Part shown: piece by piece, positions 49,835 to 63,584 of the stretch
How the letters are laid out: every line of letters starts with the position of its first letter
How positions within the stretch are numbered: position 1 is the stretch's first letter
DNA from: Phoronis australis
Taxonomy: Eukaryota; Animalia; Phoronida
Reading direction: 5' to 3'
Assembly (NCBI GenBank): GCA_002633005.1
Contig: NMRA01000531.1
Location: 235,997-299,996 of the forward strand
DNA length: 64,000 nucleotides
Position numbers and translations under genes: made by a program
The notes under the pieces: model-generated
The model's database searches: none
What the model was told of the DNA's origin: nothing
Seen by the model: only the letters and a program-made list of their open reading frames with translations

Positions 49835-51630
49835 CCATGAAAATGTCAAAACAGGACCACCTTATGTCACAAGAAAGTCAAAATGGGAGCACTTTATGCC
49901 ATGAGAATGTCAAGATGGGAGCACCTTATGCCATGAGAATGTCAACGGGAGCACCTTACGCCACGAGAATGTTAAAATGGGAGCACCTTATGCCATTAGA
50001 AAGTCAAAATGGGAGCACCTTATGTCATGAGAATCTCAAAATGNCCACAAGACTGTCAAAATGGGAGCACCTTGCACCATGAAAATGTCAAAATGGGAGC
50101 ACCTTACACCATGAGAATGTCAAAATGGGAGCACCTTATGCCATGTCAAAACAGGAACACCTTATGCTATGAGAATGTCAAACTGGGAGCACCTTATGCC
50201 ACGAGAATGTCAAAATAGGAGCACCTTATGCCACGTCAAAATAGGAACACCTTATGCTATGAGAATGTCAAACTGGGAGCACCTTATGTCATGAGAATGT
50301 CAAAATGGGAGCACCTTACGTGATGAGAATGTCAAAATTGGAGCACCTTATGCCATGAGAATGTCAAAAATGGAGCACCTTATGCCATGCGAATGTCAAC
50401 GGGAGCACCTTACGCCACGAGAATGTTAAAATGGGAGCACCTTATGCCATTAGAAAGTCAAAATGGGAGCACCTTATGTCATGAGAATCTCAAAATGGGA
50501 GCACCTTGCACCATGAAAATGTCAAAATAGGAGCACCTTACACCATGAGAATGTCAAAATGGGAGCACCTTATGCCATGTCAAAATAGGAACACCTTATG
50601 CTATGAGAATGTCAAACTGGGAGCACCTTATGCCACGAGAATGTCAAAATAGGAGCACCTTATGCCATGTCAAAATAGGAACACCTTATGCTATGAGAAT
50701 GTCAAACTGGGAGCACCTTATGTCATGAGAATGTCAAAATGGGAGCACCTTACGTGATGAGAATGTCAAAATTGGAGCACCTTATGCCATGAGAATGTCA
50801 AAAATGGAGCACCTTATGCCATGCGAATGTCAACGGGAGCACCTTACGCCACGAGAATGTTAAAATGGGAGCACCTTATGCCATTAGAAAGTCAAAATGG
50901 GAGCACCTTATGTCATGAGAATCTCAAAATGGGAGCACCTTGCACCATGAAAATGTCAAAATAGGAGCACCTTACACCATGAGAATGTCAAAATGGGAGC
51001 ACCTTATGCCATGTCAAAATAGGAACACCTTATGCTATGAGAATGTCAAACTGGGAGCACCTTATGCCACGAGAATGTCAAAATAGGAGCACCTTATGCC
51101 ATGTCAAAATAGGAACACCTTATGCTATGAGAATGTCAAACTGGGAGCACCTTATGTCATGAGAATGTCAAAATGGGAGCACCTTACGTGATGAGAATGT
51201 CAAAATTGGAGCACCTTATGCCATGAGAATGTCAAAATTGGAGCACCTTATGCCATGAGAATGTCAAAATTGGAGCACCTTATGCCATGAGAATGTCAAA
51301 ATAGGAGCACCTTACGCCACAGGAATGTCAAAATGGGAGCACCTTAGGCCATGAGAATATCAAAAAGGGAACACCTTATGCCACAAGAATGCCAAAATGG
51401 GAGGAGCACCTTATGCCATGAGAATGTCAAAATGGGAGCCCTTATGACATGTCAAAATAGGAGCACCTTACGCCATGAAAATATCAAAACGGGACCACCT
51501 TATGCCACAAGACTGTCAAAATGGGAGCACCTTATGTCTTGAGAACGTCAAAATGGGAGCACCTTTTGTTACGAGAGTGTCAAAGTGGGAGCGCCTTATG
51601 ATACGAGAATATAAAAATGGGAGCACCTTA
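49835..51630 (+). repeat. 32-bp satellite array with 434-bp higher-order repeat
   Basis: Monomer gagaatgtcaaaatgggagcaccttatgccat. The diagnostic variant gaatgtcaacgggagcaccttacgccac recurs at 49937, 50391 and 50825. Confidence 0.95.
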
Positions 51631-52168
51631 CACTGGGGCGGCGCAGCACTGAAAAATGAGCAACTAAACCCTGTGTGTGGTAGACTTAATTTAAGTGGGG
51701 GTATAGCCCCCCGTCCCCTATGTCCGATTGCGTCACCTATACTTTAGCTACGGCCACTATACCTTTAGTCATGCACCCGCAGTACATCATCGACCCTATA
51801 GTACATTGTTGCGCAGCAGATTAGAGATTCCTGAGCTATGACAATGTTGAAATGCGAGCACCTTTATGCGTGGTGCAACAATAATCAATAGTTACAAATG
51901 CCTGTGATAAGCATTGGAACGTACACCACTTGTCAACATTATAAACACAAACACTTTTTGAGACTTAAGCAAACTATATGCAAGAGCACCTATTTACAGC
52001 AGTGACAGCTTACAAGTTATCCGGCTGCTGGAATGTAGAAACTGCAGTGGAGCACCTTTTCGAATTCTTGGTTTCCGTGAGTAAAATAGAGCACCTCTTA
52101 ATCGTAATTCCAAAAGCAAAAGAGCACGAAAATTTTTCCTTAAAAATTCAAGGCACTCTGATCAATTT

Positions 52169-54276
52169 CAGTGGCGGATCTAGGATATCACAAGGGGGGG
52201 GCAACATTTTGTCCGTCTGCAAACATTTGCGCAAACCACGAACATAGATGCATATAGCACCGAATGGGGGAGGTCGGGAAATTTTTCTGTTTTTTCCTCT
52301 AAAAATCAAGCATTTTCCTTGATTCCTGAAGTATTATCCAAGACAAAAAGGCAAAGAAGCACACGGAGAACGTATCAAACAGGAAAAACCGCAAGTACCA
52401 CAGACTCGAACTCACGACCTGGCGGATAGAGCGTGCGTGCTTTACCACTACACCACCACGATTTTACTACTAACATAGTGCTACGAGACCTAATTGTTTA
52501 TAGTCCACAGCGTTTGCGCGCGAAACCTGCTTCTTTTTGTAATGCTTATTACACGTTTTATATTTTGTGCAATCGGTTCTTAACAAATTTGTTGTATTTA
52601 AAATAGTCTTCAAATGCCCAAAAGACCAAATCCGTTTTTCGTGTTGGCAATAATGACGGGATAGCCAGCCAGCTAGCTGTACCGTCAGAGGTCCTAAAGT
52701 CGTGAGTGCCCTAAAGTCGTGAACGATCTTATTTCCTCTTCTCTGCGCGGTCCTGCAACATCTGGCGTTGAAGTTTGAAGCTTTCGTCTGCTTATGAACG
52801 TCAAACGAATACACGGACGTGTTTGTATTTACAATATAATAACAAACAGTGAGTGAGTGGCTTCTTTTTTCAAGTTAAACACAGCATATTTCACTAATTC
52901 ATTTTTTGTGCATTTTTGGGATACATTTTCAAAAATATTTATCGTTCAGATTTACTCAAACACGCGCTCCAGGGGTAGCTTGAACAATGTATCAAAGTGT
53001 CCCAGGGTCGATCAAGTTTTGTAAGACCAAAACAATAAAATACAGAGCGATAATTGATGCTGGGTTCTTAGCGTTTTACGTGAACAACCTCATTGAAAAC
53101 GTCTGTGCACATCAAAGTTGGGTGCAAAACTTATAACAATTTATTTCAATTGAAACTGAATTAATAAACAATGCAATGCATTTTTATGTCATCTAGAGTA
53201 ACTGTAAGCACTGTAGTTGACTTGTGNNNNNNNNNNNNNNNNNNNNNNNNNNNNNNNNNNNNNNNNNNNNNNNNNNNNNNNNNNNNNNNNNNNNNNNNNN
53301 NNNNNNNNNNNNNNNNNNNNNNNNNNNNNNNNNNNNNNNNNNNNNNNNNNNNNNNNNNNNNNNNNNNNNNNNNNNNNNNNNNNNNNNNNNNNNNNNNNNN
53401 NNNNNNNNNNNNNNNNNNNNNNNNNNNNNNNNNNNNNNNNNNNNNNNNNNNNNNNNNNNNNNNNNNNNNNNNNNNNNNNNNNNNNNNNNNNNNNNNNNNN
53501 NNNNNNNNNNNNNNNNNNNNNNNNNNNNNNNNNNNNNNNNNNNNNNNNNNNNNNNNNNNNNNNNNNNNNNNNNNNNNNNNNNNNNNNNNNNNNNNNNNNN
53601 NNNNNNNNNNNNNNNNNNNNNNNNNNNNNNNNNNNNNNNNNNNNNNNNNNNNNNNNNNNNNNNNNNNNNNNNNNNNNNNNNNNNNNNNNNNNNNNNNNNN
53701 NNNNNNNNNNNNNNNNNNNNNNNNNNNNNNNNNNNNNNNNNNNNNNNNNNNNNNNNNNNNNNNNNNNNNNNNNNNNNNNNNNNNNNNNNNNNNNNNNNNN
53801 NNNNNNNNNNNNNNNNNNNNNNNNNNNNNNNNNNNNNNNNNNNNNNNNNNNNNNNNNNNNNNNNNNNNNNNNNNNNNNNNNNNNNNNNNNNNNNNNNNNN
53901 NNNNNNNNNNNNNNNNNNNNNNNNNNNNNNNNNNNNNNNNNNNNNNNNNNNNNNNNNNNNNNNNNNNNNNNNNNNNNNNNNNNNNNNNNNNNNNNNNNNN
54001 NNTTCAATGCACAGTGGAGCAGACGACGGAAACGGAGTCGTAGTGCGCAGCGCCACTAACGGTCGCCTGGGATATCGCGGGAGAGCTTATACTTGGCCAT
54101 AGTTCCGTTACGAATGCGCCGTGTTCCGAATTTGACACTCGAAATTGGATCTGAGCCACCCCCCCCTCCCCCCCGGGGTTAATAAGCTCAACATTTACCT
54201 ACGCTCTTGCTGTTTTATTTTTTGCGGCAGCCAACGGGGGGCGGTTCCCTGGCCCCCCCCCCCAAATCCGCCTATG
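52169..54276. mobile_element. Possible hAT-like non-autonomous element spanning the gap
   Basis: CAGTGGCGGATCTAGG...G-run at left and C-run...CCAAATCCGCCTATG at right. No 8-bp TSD, so the two ends may belong to different copies. Confidence 0.4.
52395..52460 (-). repeat. tRNA-derived (SINE-head-like) sequence, not a functional tRNA
   Basis: Minus strand GGTGGTGTAGTGGTAAAGC (A box) ... GTGAGTTCGAGTC (B box); no proper anticodon or acceptor stem. Confidence 0.55.
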
Positions 54277-55332
54277 AATTTTTTTATCCATTTTAATGAC
54301 CCGCGTCATCTAATGTAAAGGAATCGTTCACCTCTTTTAGAAGAAAGAGACAGAATTTCTTAACGTTGTAAGGATTATTTCAACTAATATTAGTATTTTC
54401 TTTTCTCATAATACTTTAGCCAATCACATGAAGGTGCTGAAGAAGGTGCTCGACTGCAGTACGGTACACTTTTATAACTCGAATAGGAGCACGAATACAC
54501 ATAGTATTGTTGATACGGCGTGTGTTCGATAAATTATAGTTTTGTCATCAAAAATAACGCGTAATGATTGGTTACTGAGGTTTCTCGTAAGTTGATAGAA
54601 AAAGTCAGAGCGGAAGCGGACGTCTCTACATCAAACAACTAGTTGCAAATTGTGTCGAGGCACCTCTGTGACAATCGTATCCGAGACAACTAAGACAATA
54701 ATCACTATGGTTTTGTGACTATGAATATATCGATACTTTTTCTGAAAGAATTCCAAGGACAGTTTCTTTTGAAGACCGTTGTCCGGATTTCGCAGCCAGC
54801 AGTAAAAGTTTCCTGCATCTTTACCAGTACACATTTCGGCACCCTAATACAGCCAAAAACGTCAAATGCATACATTTAAACGCCTAACGTGTGCAACGTG
54901 TCCAGGCCTATTAAGGGACCCTTACTCGTTAAATTCTAGTGTTGAAACACTCAGTACACTGATTTCTGGTGGTGACGGTGTCTTCCCCGAGGTTTGCCCC
55001 ACAAACAGTAGGCCCATGAAAGTGCGAAATTGGCGACGACCACGGTAAGAAAGAGGTGGGCATATGGAGAATCTGAAATTTGATTGGAGCAAAATTTTGG
55101 CAAAAGTCGAATACTGTAAGTGGCCCCCCTCCCATATTTTTATCTTTCTTCTGGCCGGCAGCGTGATGTTGTCACCCTTTTCACAACAAAAAGCTGGATA
55201 AAGTTGAGATAAGCGCTAAGTAAAAAAACCGTGTGCCTGCGGGCATTGGGTTGAATTCAAAGTCACCATATTCTCAATGTGACAGCAACTGACCATATCA
55301 GTTTGGGATGACATCCATTACGCGAATAGTAC

Positions 55333-55561
55333 CATGCGCGTACCCAGCCTTCAATATGGGGGCTCGAATTCCTGACTTGTGCACCTTTTGGTAACAAAAA
55401 AGCGGGCTTACTGAAAAAAACGGGGGCACCACTGTGAATTGCGCGTTTGTGCTTGCCTCATTTTCTCGGACTTTGTTTCTCAGAGGCGGACCTTTTTGCC
55501 CACTTCGCCAAAGGGGGGGGGGGGCTCNCGAGCACCTCCCCCCTTTCTGGGTGCGCGCATG
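55333..55561. mobile_element. Small MITE (hAT-like termini)
   Basis: TIRs CATGCGCGTACCCAG / CTGGGTGCGCGCATG with G/C runs inside; TSD not clean. Confidence 0.6.
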
Positions 55562-58500
55562 AGTATACTGTAGAAGTGACAAAACTCAGATTGAAATGAC
55601 TTTGTACTTTTATGTAACGACTGTCAGGTAATAAAGAGGATGTTAAAAGGGCACAGCATCTGTTAGCAGCTGGCAGGGGTACGGGTGGGGTAGGGGCACA
55701 AGTTAGATATATGGCGGGACAGCACAGGTTAGAATCATTCAAAAACATGCACGTGTACTGTTTCCTGGTTAGAAACTATTCGACCAAATTTATGAAATTT
55801 CACCAAAGACATCAAATTTTACAAAGCGCAACCAGAGGGGCCAGCAGTAATAAAATCATAAAAAATCATATGACGTCTGTCATTGGCATAACCATAGAAA
55901 TATATTTGGAAAAAGAAGCCCCTTGATGAGGTTCACGAGCTACAACAGGCGACTGTCCTTAGTCAAGGATTGTAAAATACGAGATGGTATGTCCTTTTCA
56001 TTGCCTGTTGCTTGGAAACGAACAAAAAACCCAATTTTTTTATTTTCTTAGTCACACAGAAAATTGATAAGGAAACATTATTTGAAACCACCAACATCCC
56101 ACGAATTGGACCCCCAAAGCACCTCAAAAATGGCGAAACACAAAAACATGCATAATTTAGCGCATGTTTAGGGCTCCAATTAAGGTTAACGGAAACCCGT
56201 TTGAAAATGCAAAAGCTGTCATCATATAAACAGTCTCAACAGTTTTTACAAAAATAAAAATATTACAAAAAATTTTCTCTAACTTTCATTTGAACCGTTT
56301 TAAAATTACTTTACTCACTGGACATATTTGATTGGGCCAAAGTACTGATGATGCTCCACCTTAAAAACACTGGCCTGGATAATTATAAATAAACCTTTGA
56401 AAATATGTCACCAGGACGTATGAAAGCACATTTTTTCAAGATCTGAGGCGATGGCCCCAGAGTCGACCTCGTGGGATGACAGTTAATAATGCTAACAAAA
56501 TCCACAGTTCAAGTGTAGGGTAAATTTATCACCGACAGTGAGTCCTCGTGAAATACTTTTTTCAAAAGTCTCACATCTGAAATACTTCACGATTTAACGC
56601 AACTTCTTTGCCCACTATTTTCTTTCCTTGCCCAACGTTTCCCACCTTAGCTTCTACTGCCCCCCCCCCAACCGCCCTCACCACCCGCCTTATATTATTA
56701 TACTTGTGCTGTGCAAATAACCGCGGCACCCAGAAACGATGTACGTTACCTGTGAATGGGGTCAATTAGATGCTCACCGGCCTTACGCCTTTTGTGATGG
56801 TTTAGCTCCACATCGGGAGCTCCATCGAAAGGAATCTGTGATGTGGTACGCATGCTGGGAGCCTAAGTCCATATTGGATTTGCACTCAGGGAACTTCGCA
56901 CCAGGTACCTATGGTGGGAGTGGCCTAACTGTGTTTGTCTGCATTGCCTATTGGTTGCATTCAATACAACAACGGGGAGGGGGTACCCCGAGTCTCTTGT
57001 CACGTGACTTTTGTATTTCCCGCCAACGAGATTCAACTGAATATTGCTGTTGTGACAAGAGATACGTGCGATTACTACTGCTACATACGAAACCTCATTA
57101 CTACTACAACGAGATCTATAAATACATTGCGTGGAGTGCCTGAACAATATCATCTGTGGATCCATCACCCAGTAAGTACTCTGCTTTAATGTAACGTGTT
57201 AAGTCGACGTTATGTTTTTTTTTTGAAAACGGTTAACAGGCAAACACTAAAAAGCATAACAATGCTGGCCTTAAGCTGGTCGGGTCGCACCTTCTTGGAA
57301 AAGGTGTGTTTGGAGTGTGACCGCCCATTTAGATGACAAAAAAGTAAAAAGTTGGGCAAGGATGGAAAAAGCTGAGCAAAGAGTTCAATCGAGTGAGAGT
57401 TTTGAAATGTGTGGTCACATATGTGGACTCTTCAGGTGTTTGTGATAATTTTACCTTCCTCTTTAACTGCGGATTTTCTTACCATTATTAAGTGTGTTGT
57501 CAACTCATTCGACAACAATTGAAGATCAGATTAGTCTGTTAATGTTTTTAAACCTCGATCGCTTTAGTCGCAATTCAACATTGACAGCTAATTGTTTGTA
57601 ACGTTGTTAGTTATCGCTGTGCAGTTGAAACGGTACTTCTATTTCAAAATATTTGTTTGAGTTCTTGCAAATGTCAGTAGGTTACATTTTTGATACTGTG
57701 AATGATTTCAAATTTTTCAGTAAATATCTTGGTTTAACCAACTGCCGTCAAAAACGTGCAAAATATCCTCATGAACTTTTATCCTATTTAAACTCACTTC
57801 TATAACACCAATTATTATCGCTCAGTATTCTAGAGGTTTAGTTTAGTCTTTTATGACTAAAGTGTAAACGAGACATGACGATTGGTGAACATCGTTTGTG
57901 CTAAAATAAGAATTTAGTGCTCTCAAGTCCAAAATATATGAAAGATTAGGCAAAAATGTAAAAAGGCCACGCAGGACAAAATCTTGAACGGACAAAAATG
58001 TTTAAATACATGATGTCACGACTATAACTTATCATTTTCAGTTATGGTCTATTAATAATCGTCTACCATTCGTGTATCAATTTGGGATGTTGTCCAACGG
58101 TAAAATCTCTATGATCATGGCGTGGAAATCATTAAAACCAATTATTATTTTCTTAGTTTCCTCTACCTAATGTTTTACTTTTTCGCTCCATCATTACACA
58201 GATTGCATGCTGTTCGCAAAGCGCACAATATAAATCGCCTAGTAAAGAGCACAAATTGCAGATAAAACAGCCCACTCAAACGTTTAGTAATCACTGAACC
58301 TACTCGAATCTCTCTGAATCTTGCATTGCCCCCAACGACATCCCCGGACCCGCCGCTAGAGCAACTGAAAACTTCATGACCCGGCTGTGGACTTCGATCG
58401 GCCTGAAAAATACGATTTTCATGATATAGACTGCTGGGCGCAGAGATCACCACACTTAAATTCATTACTGATTTGCTACTCACTGTACTAGAATTCTTTT

Positions 58501-60859
58501 CAGAAACCAGGCTATCGTTTTATTTGTGCCTATATATAAGCTTTCGTAATAGAAGGGTTCAGTAACGCTAGGGTCTCACTCTCGCTGGTTTCTTGCATAT
58601 CCGCTTGGGGAAAGACACCAGTCATTTTTATACCATTTTTACATTGGAGGTTCTGATTGGCTTTTATATTTGTCAACAGATAGCGCGTTATATGTAAACA
58701 AAACCAGCATGACTGACCTAGGAAGTGTAAATCATGTGGAATGAAATGGTTCGTGATCTGTTAGTGTACAAACAATTCGGTGCTTAATAGGGATATGTTC
58801 GAGAAATGTGAATTGAAAACTTGTGGTTGTGCCTTTTCGGTGAACATTTTTCGTAGCCTGTTGGCATTGGGCCTACAGCTTAAGTGCCCTTTTCGGCAAT
58901 CGCGATGTCAAGCTGTCATAAACTGCCCAGGTCGTAGAACTGTCCTCGGTCTTTCTGATACTGCGTAGATAGAAAATGTGGTTTCAGTGCAAAGATTTCG
59001 AAAAGGCTAAAAACGTTCACAGTCAGCCATTTCCTTTCGCATTTCACATGAATTTAGCTGTCTGAAGGGTAAATTAGTAGTACTCGCATTTTTCAAAAAT
59101 TCGTTTGAAACTGATTTCAAGGGAGATTACTGTCTGACGCAGTATTTGGTGGGAATAAAGTTTGATAGAAAATGTTATTTGGCATTCGTGAATGCAAATT
59201 ATATAGACATCACTTTCATTATGGTGTCTTGTGAGAGAGACATTAAGAAGTTTAAATAAAGTTCATGTATAGTAGTTGCTGTAGATGTCTGGGAAATGAT
59301 ATGAAAGCATTTATGTTTGCATGGTAAATTAAACATTTTAATTCACAGCATTGCTGTGCTACATCTCCAAACAAAACAATCATGTCATAATCAGTCCAGG
59401 CGCTGTGTAAGTGAGTGCCTGTAACCTCAACTATAGATAACTTTAAAGAAGCATTATATAGTTGCACCTCTTGGGAAATGCATTGTACCCCCTACTATAA
59501 TGTAACTTCAGTAGGTAAAATTTTGGGTAATTATTGAATACAAAAACTGTTTATGAATTTTGTCTTCATAGCATTTTGACAAAATACCAAACTTTAAACT
59601 GCTGGTCTAAAACATAATTATCGTCGCAGACTGCTACATGTATTTTCGGAGTTCTTTGTTGAATTTTCATGAAATTTGACCGATAGGTGAAAATTCTTGT
59701 AGAGATTAACATGTTCGCAGTGAAGTCATTCATGATAAATGTAAAAACTCTAAATTGTGAACTTAAATTCATCATATACATAAACTTAGTGATGTAGAAC
59801 AATACAAAGGTACAGCAACCCCTGACGAGGACTAAAGTGATTCATAGTTTTGAATGCTCTGCAGGTGCTTGTGTTCATCCCACTCACGGTAAATCAGGAC
59901 ATGCTGGTCTCACTAGTACTTGATCCCTGCCATGGAGGTTAAGTTTTCATTTGCAACTCCATCAAGCACTATTTTGTCACGGTTTGCAAACCTGTACTCA
60001 AATAATAGAAAGAATTTCTATTTCGTATTTTGATAGTGACCTGTCACATTTTAGGATCTTAGAGGCTCTAGTCATCCTATTTGAAAAACCTAGTTTGAAT
60101 TTTCAAGAGACTGGTCAGATATTGAAGTTATGATATGCCCAGTCTCTAATGTAGCTTTATTTTCTTTTGCTGAACTTGTGTCTCTTCAAGTTCATTGTAA
60201 ATAGTCTAATATTTACGATGCGCACTTGATTATAGTTTTTGTGTCTTTTATGCAATTAGTTTTCACAATGGACATTGTAGTCCTATGTACTGGAAGATAC
60301 ATTTGCTAGGATTTTTATTCCACGTCGTCATTTTACAAATGCTTGCATTTCGAAAGATATGAAGAGAAGTGTGTCCTTGTTATATACCGTTACCCTGGAG
60401 TGTTAAAACCAAAAAATTTCCAACATCACTGTCTGATCTAGAATCAACTACACAAACAAGCCTACTGTGTCGGTACACAATGCTGTGGTAGTAGGGGGTC
60501 AGTGTTTAGTCATGAAAAGTAATCAGCAGGTGAATTGCACAGGCTTGGGTTAATCATTGAAACAAAAAGATGAAACAAATATTAAGGAATTAAACATTTA
60601 GTTTGAAGTCATGTTGAAAACGTAATGAAAACTCAGTGGTGATAAGAATGTCATTTCAGTCATGTAACAGGAAACTCTAGGGGTGTGTGAATTTTATAAA
60701 ATAACAATTTTGAATATGAAGTAAAATGTATTTATAAGGACTTGGTTGGCATTTTTGGCAGTGGAACGCTTGAGTTGAAAAGTATGAAATATTTCTTGTG
60801 AATTTATATAGGCCAAATGCCAATGATAATGATTTTTTCAAAATATTTTATGGCCCCGT

Positions 60860-61460
60860 CTGGCATTCACTGCTCAATTTCCAAACCCCTTTGACCTATG
60901 TTCAAGAAAGTTTGCACGTGTTCCATTCATGAATGGGACAGCTAGAGTGAACTTTCGGGTGGCAATTTTACATTTTTTACGTTTATCTCCACCTATCAAC
61001 CAAACCATTCTAAAAATGATTGTGAAAATTGGCATATATATGTTCTCAGTGTGATGAGAATGGTTGATGATGACTACTTTGACTACTGTGGCGCCTCCTA
61101 TTGGCAGTTATTTTGCCCATAGCAGTATCTCCTAAAGCCATAGCAGGATCTTTATTAAATTTAGTACTAAGAGTAACTACATGAAGTTGACAACAGATGG
61201 CGACTTTCAGTCGCATACGAAAAACGCTATGGCTCCTAGTGGCAATATCATTTTTTCCGTTTTCCTTTATTTCTCTCAAGTTCTTTGATTGGGCAACTGG
61301 CTTTTTATTAAACAAACAATGGTATGTTCCTGTTTTCTGATGGATTCGATGTACTTTGTGCCATCTAGTGGCCATGTTTAAGATACAAATAAACACCCCT
61401 AAAAGCACACCGTTTGCTGTGCATTCGTGTGCACATTTCTTCACTCTGCGTTGCTCTTGT
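60860..61460 (-). repeat. Inverted copy of the aaattgccactagggggc repeat family
   Basis: The reverse complement begins aacaagagcaacgcagag..., colinear with 16640-17140. Confidence 0.7.
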
Positions 61461-61499
61461 TATTATATTGTGACTGGAATGTTGTTCAATTACAACAAA

Positions 61500-63570
61500 A
61501 CAATCCTAATCTGAAATGGGGAATTGAGAATCTAAAAAGCTCTTTTAATCTTGTGGACCCATTGAGAATAGTCCAAAAATGCTTTCCATTTTTTAAAAAG
61601 ACTCCTTGCAAAATGAACATGGTAGATAGCGTAAACTCTTAGTCCAGGTTACAGAACAAAACACTCAAGTATTTGTTTTACATTTTACTGTTAGTAGCAA
61701 TTTTCAAAAACAGCGCAGTTTCTGACGACTTAATAATTCTCTGTTAGAAGATGATCATTATTTAACCAACGTTAGAAATGTGACTATCGATACTATTGAG
61801 GAGTATTCTGCTTAGCCATACAATAATGAACACTTTAATGAAGAATTGTTGAAGGATTTTAACCCGATTGTTAATCATTTTTTATTTTTTGGTGTTCTTT
61901 TGAACAATATCAGGGCAATTACTATAACATTTTCTGTTGCAATGTAGAAGCAAAAACAAAAGCTTTAAGAGGATTGAATTAGGTTTTTCAAATATTGTTT
62001 ATGAAAAGTTAATGCAGGAATGCAATGTCCATTTGTAAAAAAATGAGAAAATTATATAAAAGGCTTAGCATTGAAGAAGGTGATAAGGCAACACAGTACT
62101 TTTGTGGCTTAGAAAACCAAAACTTAGTTAAGATAACAATAACTAGGGTGGTAAAGCCCTCGGGTGATACTTTGACAAAACAAAAAGAAATTTTAGGTGA
62201 ATTAAAATCTGTTTATGAAGAACTACATGCTTCTATAGACAGTGCACGTGGAACTGAGAATATCAGTGACACTGCAGAAACTCAAAATATCCGAAAAAAT
62301 TAGCGATATTGATCGAGCAAGAAATAAAATTGCATTAAAGAACATGAAAAATAAAAAAGTCCAGGAATTGATGGTTTTGCTTTTGGAAGGAATTATCACC
62401 CTTCTTATTTAGATCTTTCAAGTATATAGTAGTGAAATGAATTCTCTCCCTACTTCACAACTGCAATGAGTAATTCAAGTTCTGCAAAAATCGGGTAAGC
62501 CATGAGAATTTAAAAAAAATAAAATTTTGTCATCTTGTTTAGTACAAAGACTGAATAAAGTTCCTGAAAAATCGATTCACCCAGATCAGACAGGACTTTT
62601 ATCTGGTCAATTTATTGGTGAAAACACTTGTCTGAACTCTTTTTGACATTTTGTATAATACGTACTCAAGAGAACTTTTGGGTCGTGGAACAATATGAAT
62701 TTTGGCAAAGCATTTGATACATTGTCCTGGAATTTTGTGTTTAATGTTCTTAAGATGTTTGAGTTCGGAGATATTTTTGTGAAAGGATAAAATGTTATAC
62801 AAAAACTCACAACTTTGCGTCATGCAACATGACATTGCCTGCCAGACTTTCTCAAAGTTAAACGAGGGTGCAAACAAGGGGAACCAATCTCGTGTTATTT
62901 GTTTGAGCTTTGCAATGAAATTTTGGACAACATGCTTAGAAATAATAATGAAGTAAAAGGAATTAATTGTGGTACTCGAGAGGTAACGATACTACAGTGT
63001 GACGATGATATGAGTGTCACAGGCGGCTTCTCAAGAAGGCACTGGATCTTCCGTAGCAATTTGCTATTTCGGTCTTAAACTAAACATTTAAAAAACTGAG
63101 TTCAATGGATTGGAAACAGGAAGCATGATACCCGATTTCGCAAAAACTATACATTAGTTAAAAACAGAATTTTCTAGTATTCAATTTAGCGTGAATCTAG
63201 ACAAAGTGATTGGTTTGAGCTTACGTAAACACAAAATTCAAAATGTCTTATGCTCTTGATCCAGAAGATAGCCCAGTGCAATCTTTTCTTAAGTCTTCCA
63301 TAACCGAAGGACGATTTTATTAAACAACTGCAGAAAATAATTTTTCAGTTTATTTTGAGTACAAAGAGATAGAATTTCTGTTAAGACACTGGTTCAGAAT
63401 TATACAATTTGTGGTCTTAACATTATTCATTTACTTTCTTTTATTAAAGCTTTTAAAAAGACTCGGCCTGGGCAGATATTTTGCTGAATTCGAGTCTAAT
63501 TGACACTGAAAAGGTGTTCAATGGCGGAAATTACTTTTTTAAAATGTTAGCACAGTCCACGTTGGCTTTC
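61500..63570 (+). mobile_element. Highly decayed L1/Tx1-clade LINE ORF2
   Basis: EEGDKATQYFCGLE, KNMKNKK/PGIDG, IHPDQTG, FGKAFDTLSWNF, RGCKQGEPISCYLF and QCDDD remnants in order, with many stops and frameshifts. Confidence 0.85.
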
Positions 63571-63584
63571 AGACAAGTCTGACT

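Noticed and set aside
49835-51630. CRISPR-like array (32-bp periodic repeats)
   Set aside because: Monomers are directly adjacent with no unique spacers, there are no cas genes, and the context is eukaryotic; it is a satellite.
52395-52460. tRNA gene
   Set aside because: A and B boxes are present but acceptor and anticodon stems do not form; treated as a SINE-like relic.
53171-54102. Long ORFs in the track (also 32222-32797 and 45941-46298)
   Set aside because: Artefacts of N runs in assembly gaps.
56739-57189. Protein-coding gene from the 134-aa or 84-aa ORFs
   Set aside because: No recognisable domain, and the frame with an upstream ATG (56911) is broken by TAA; kept only as an unexplained exon-like region.
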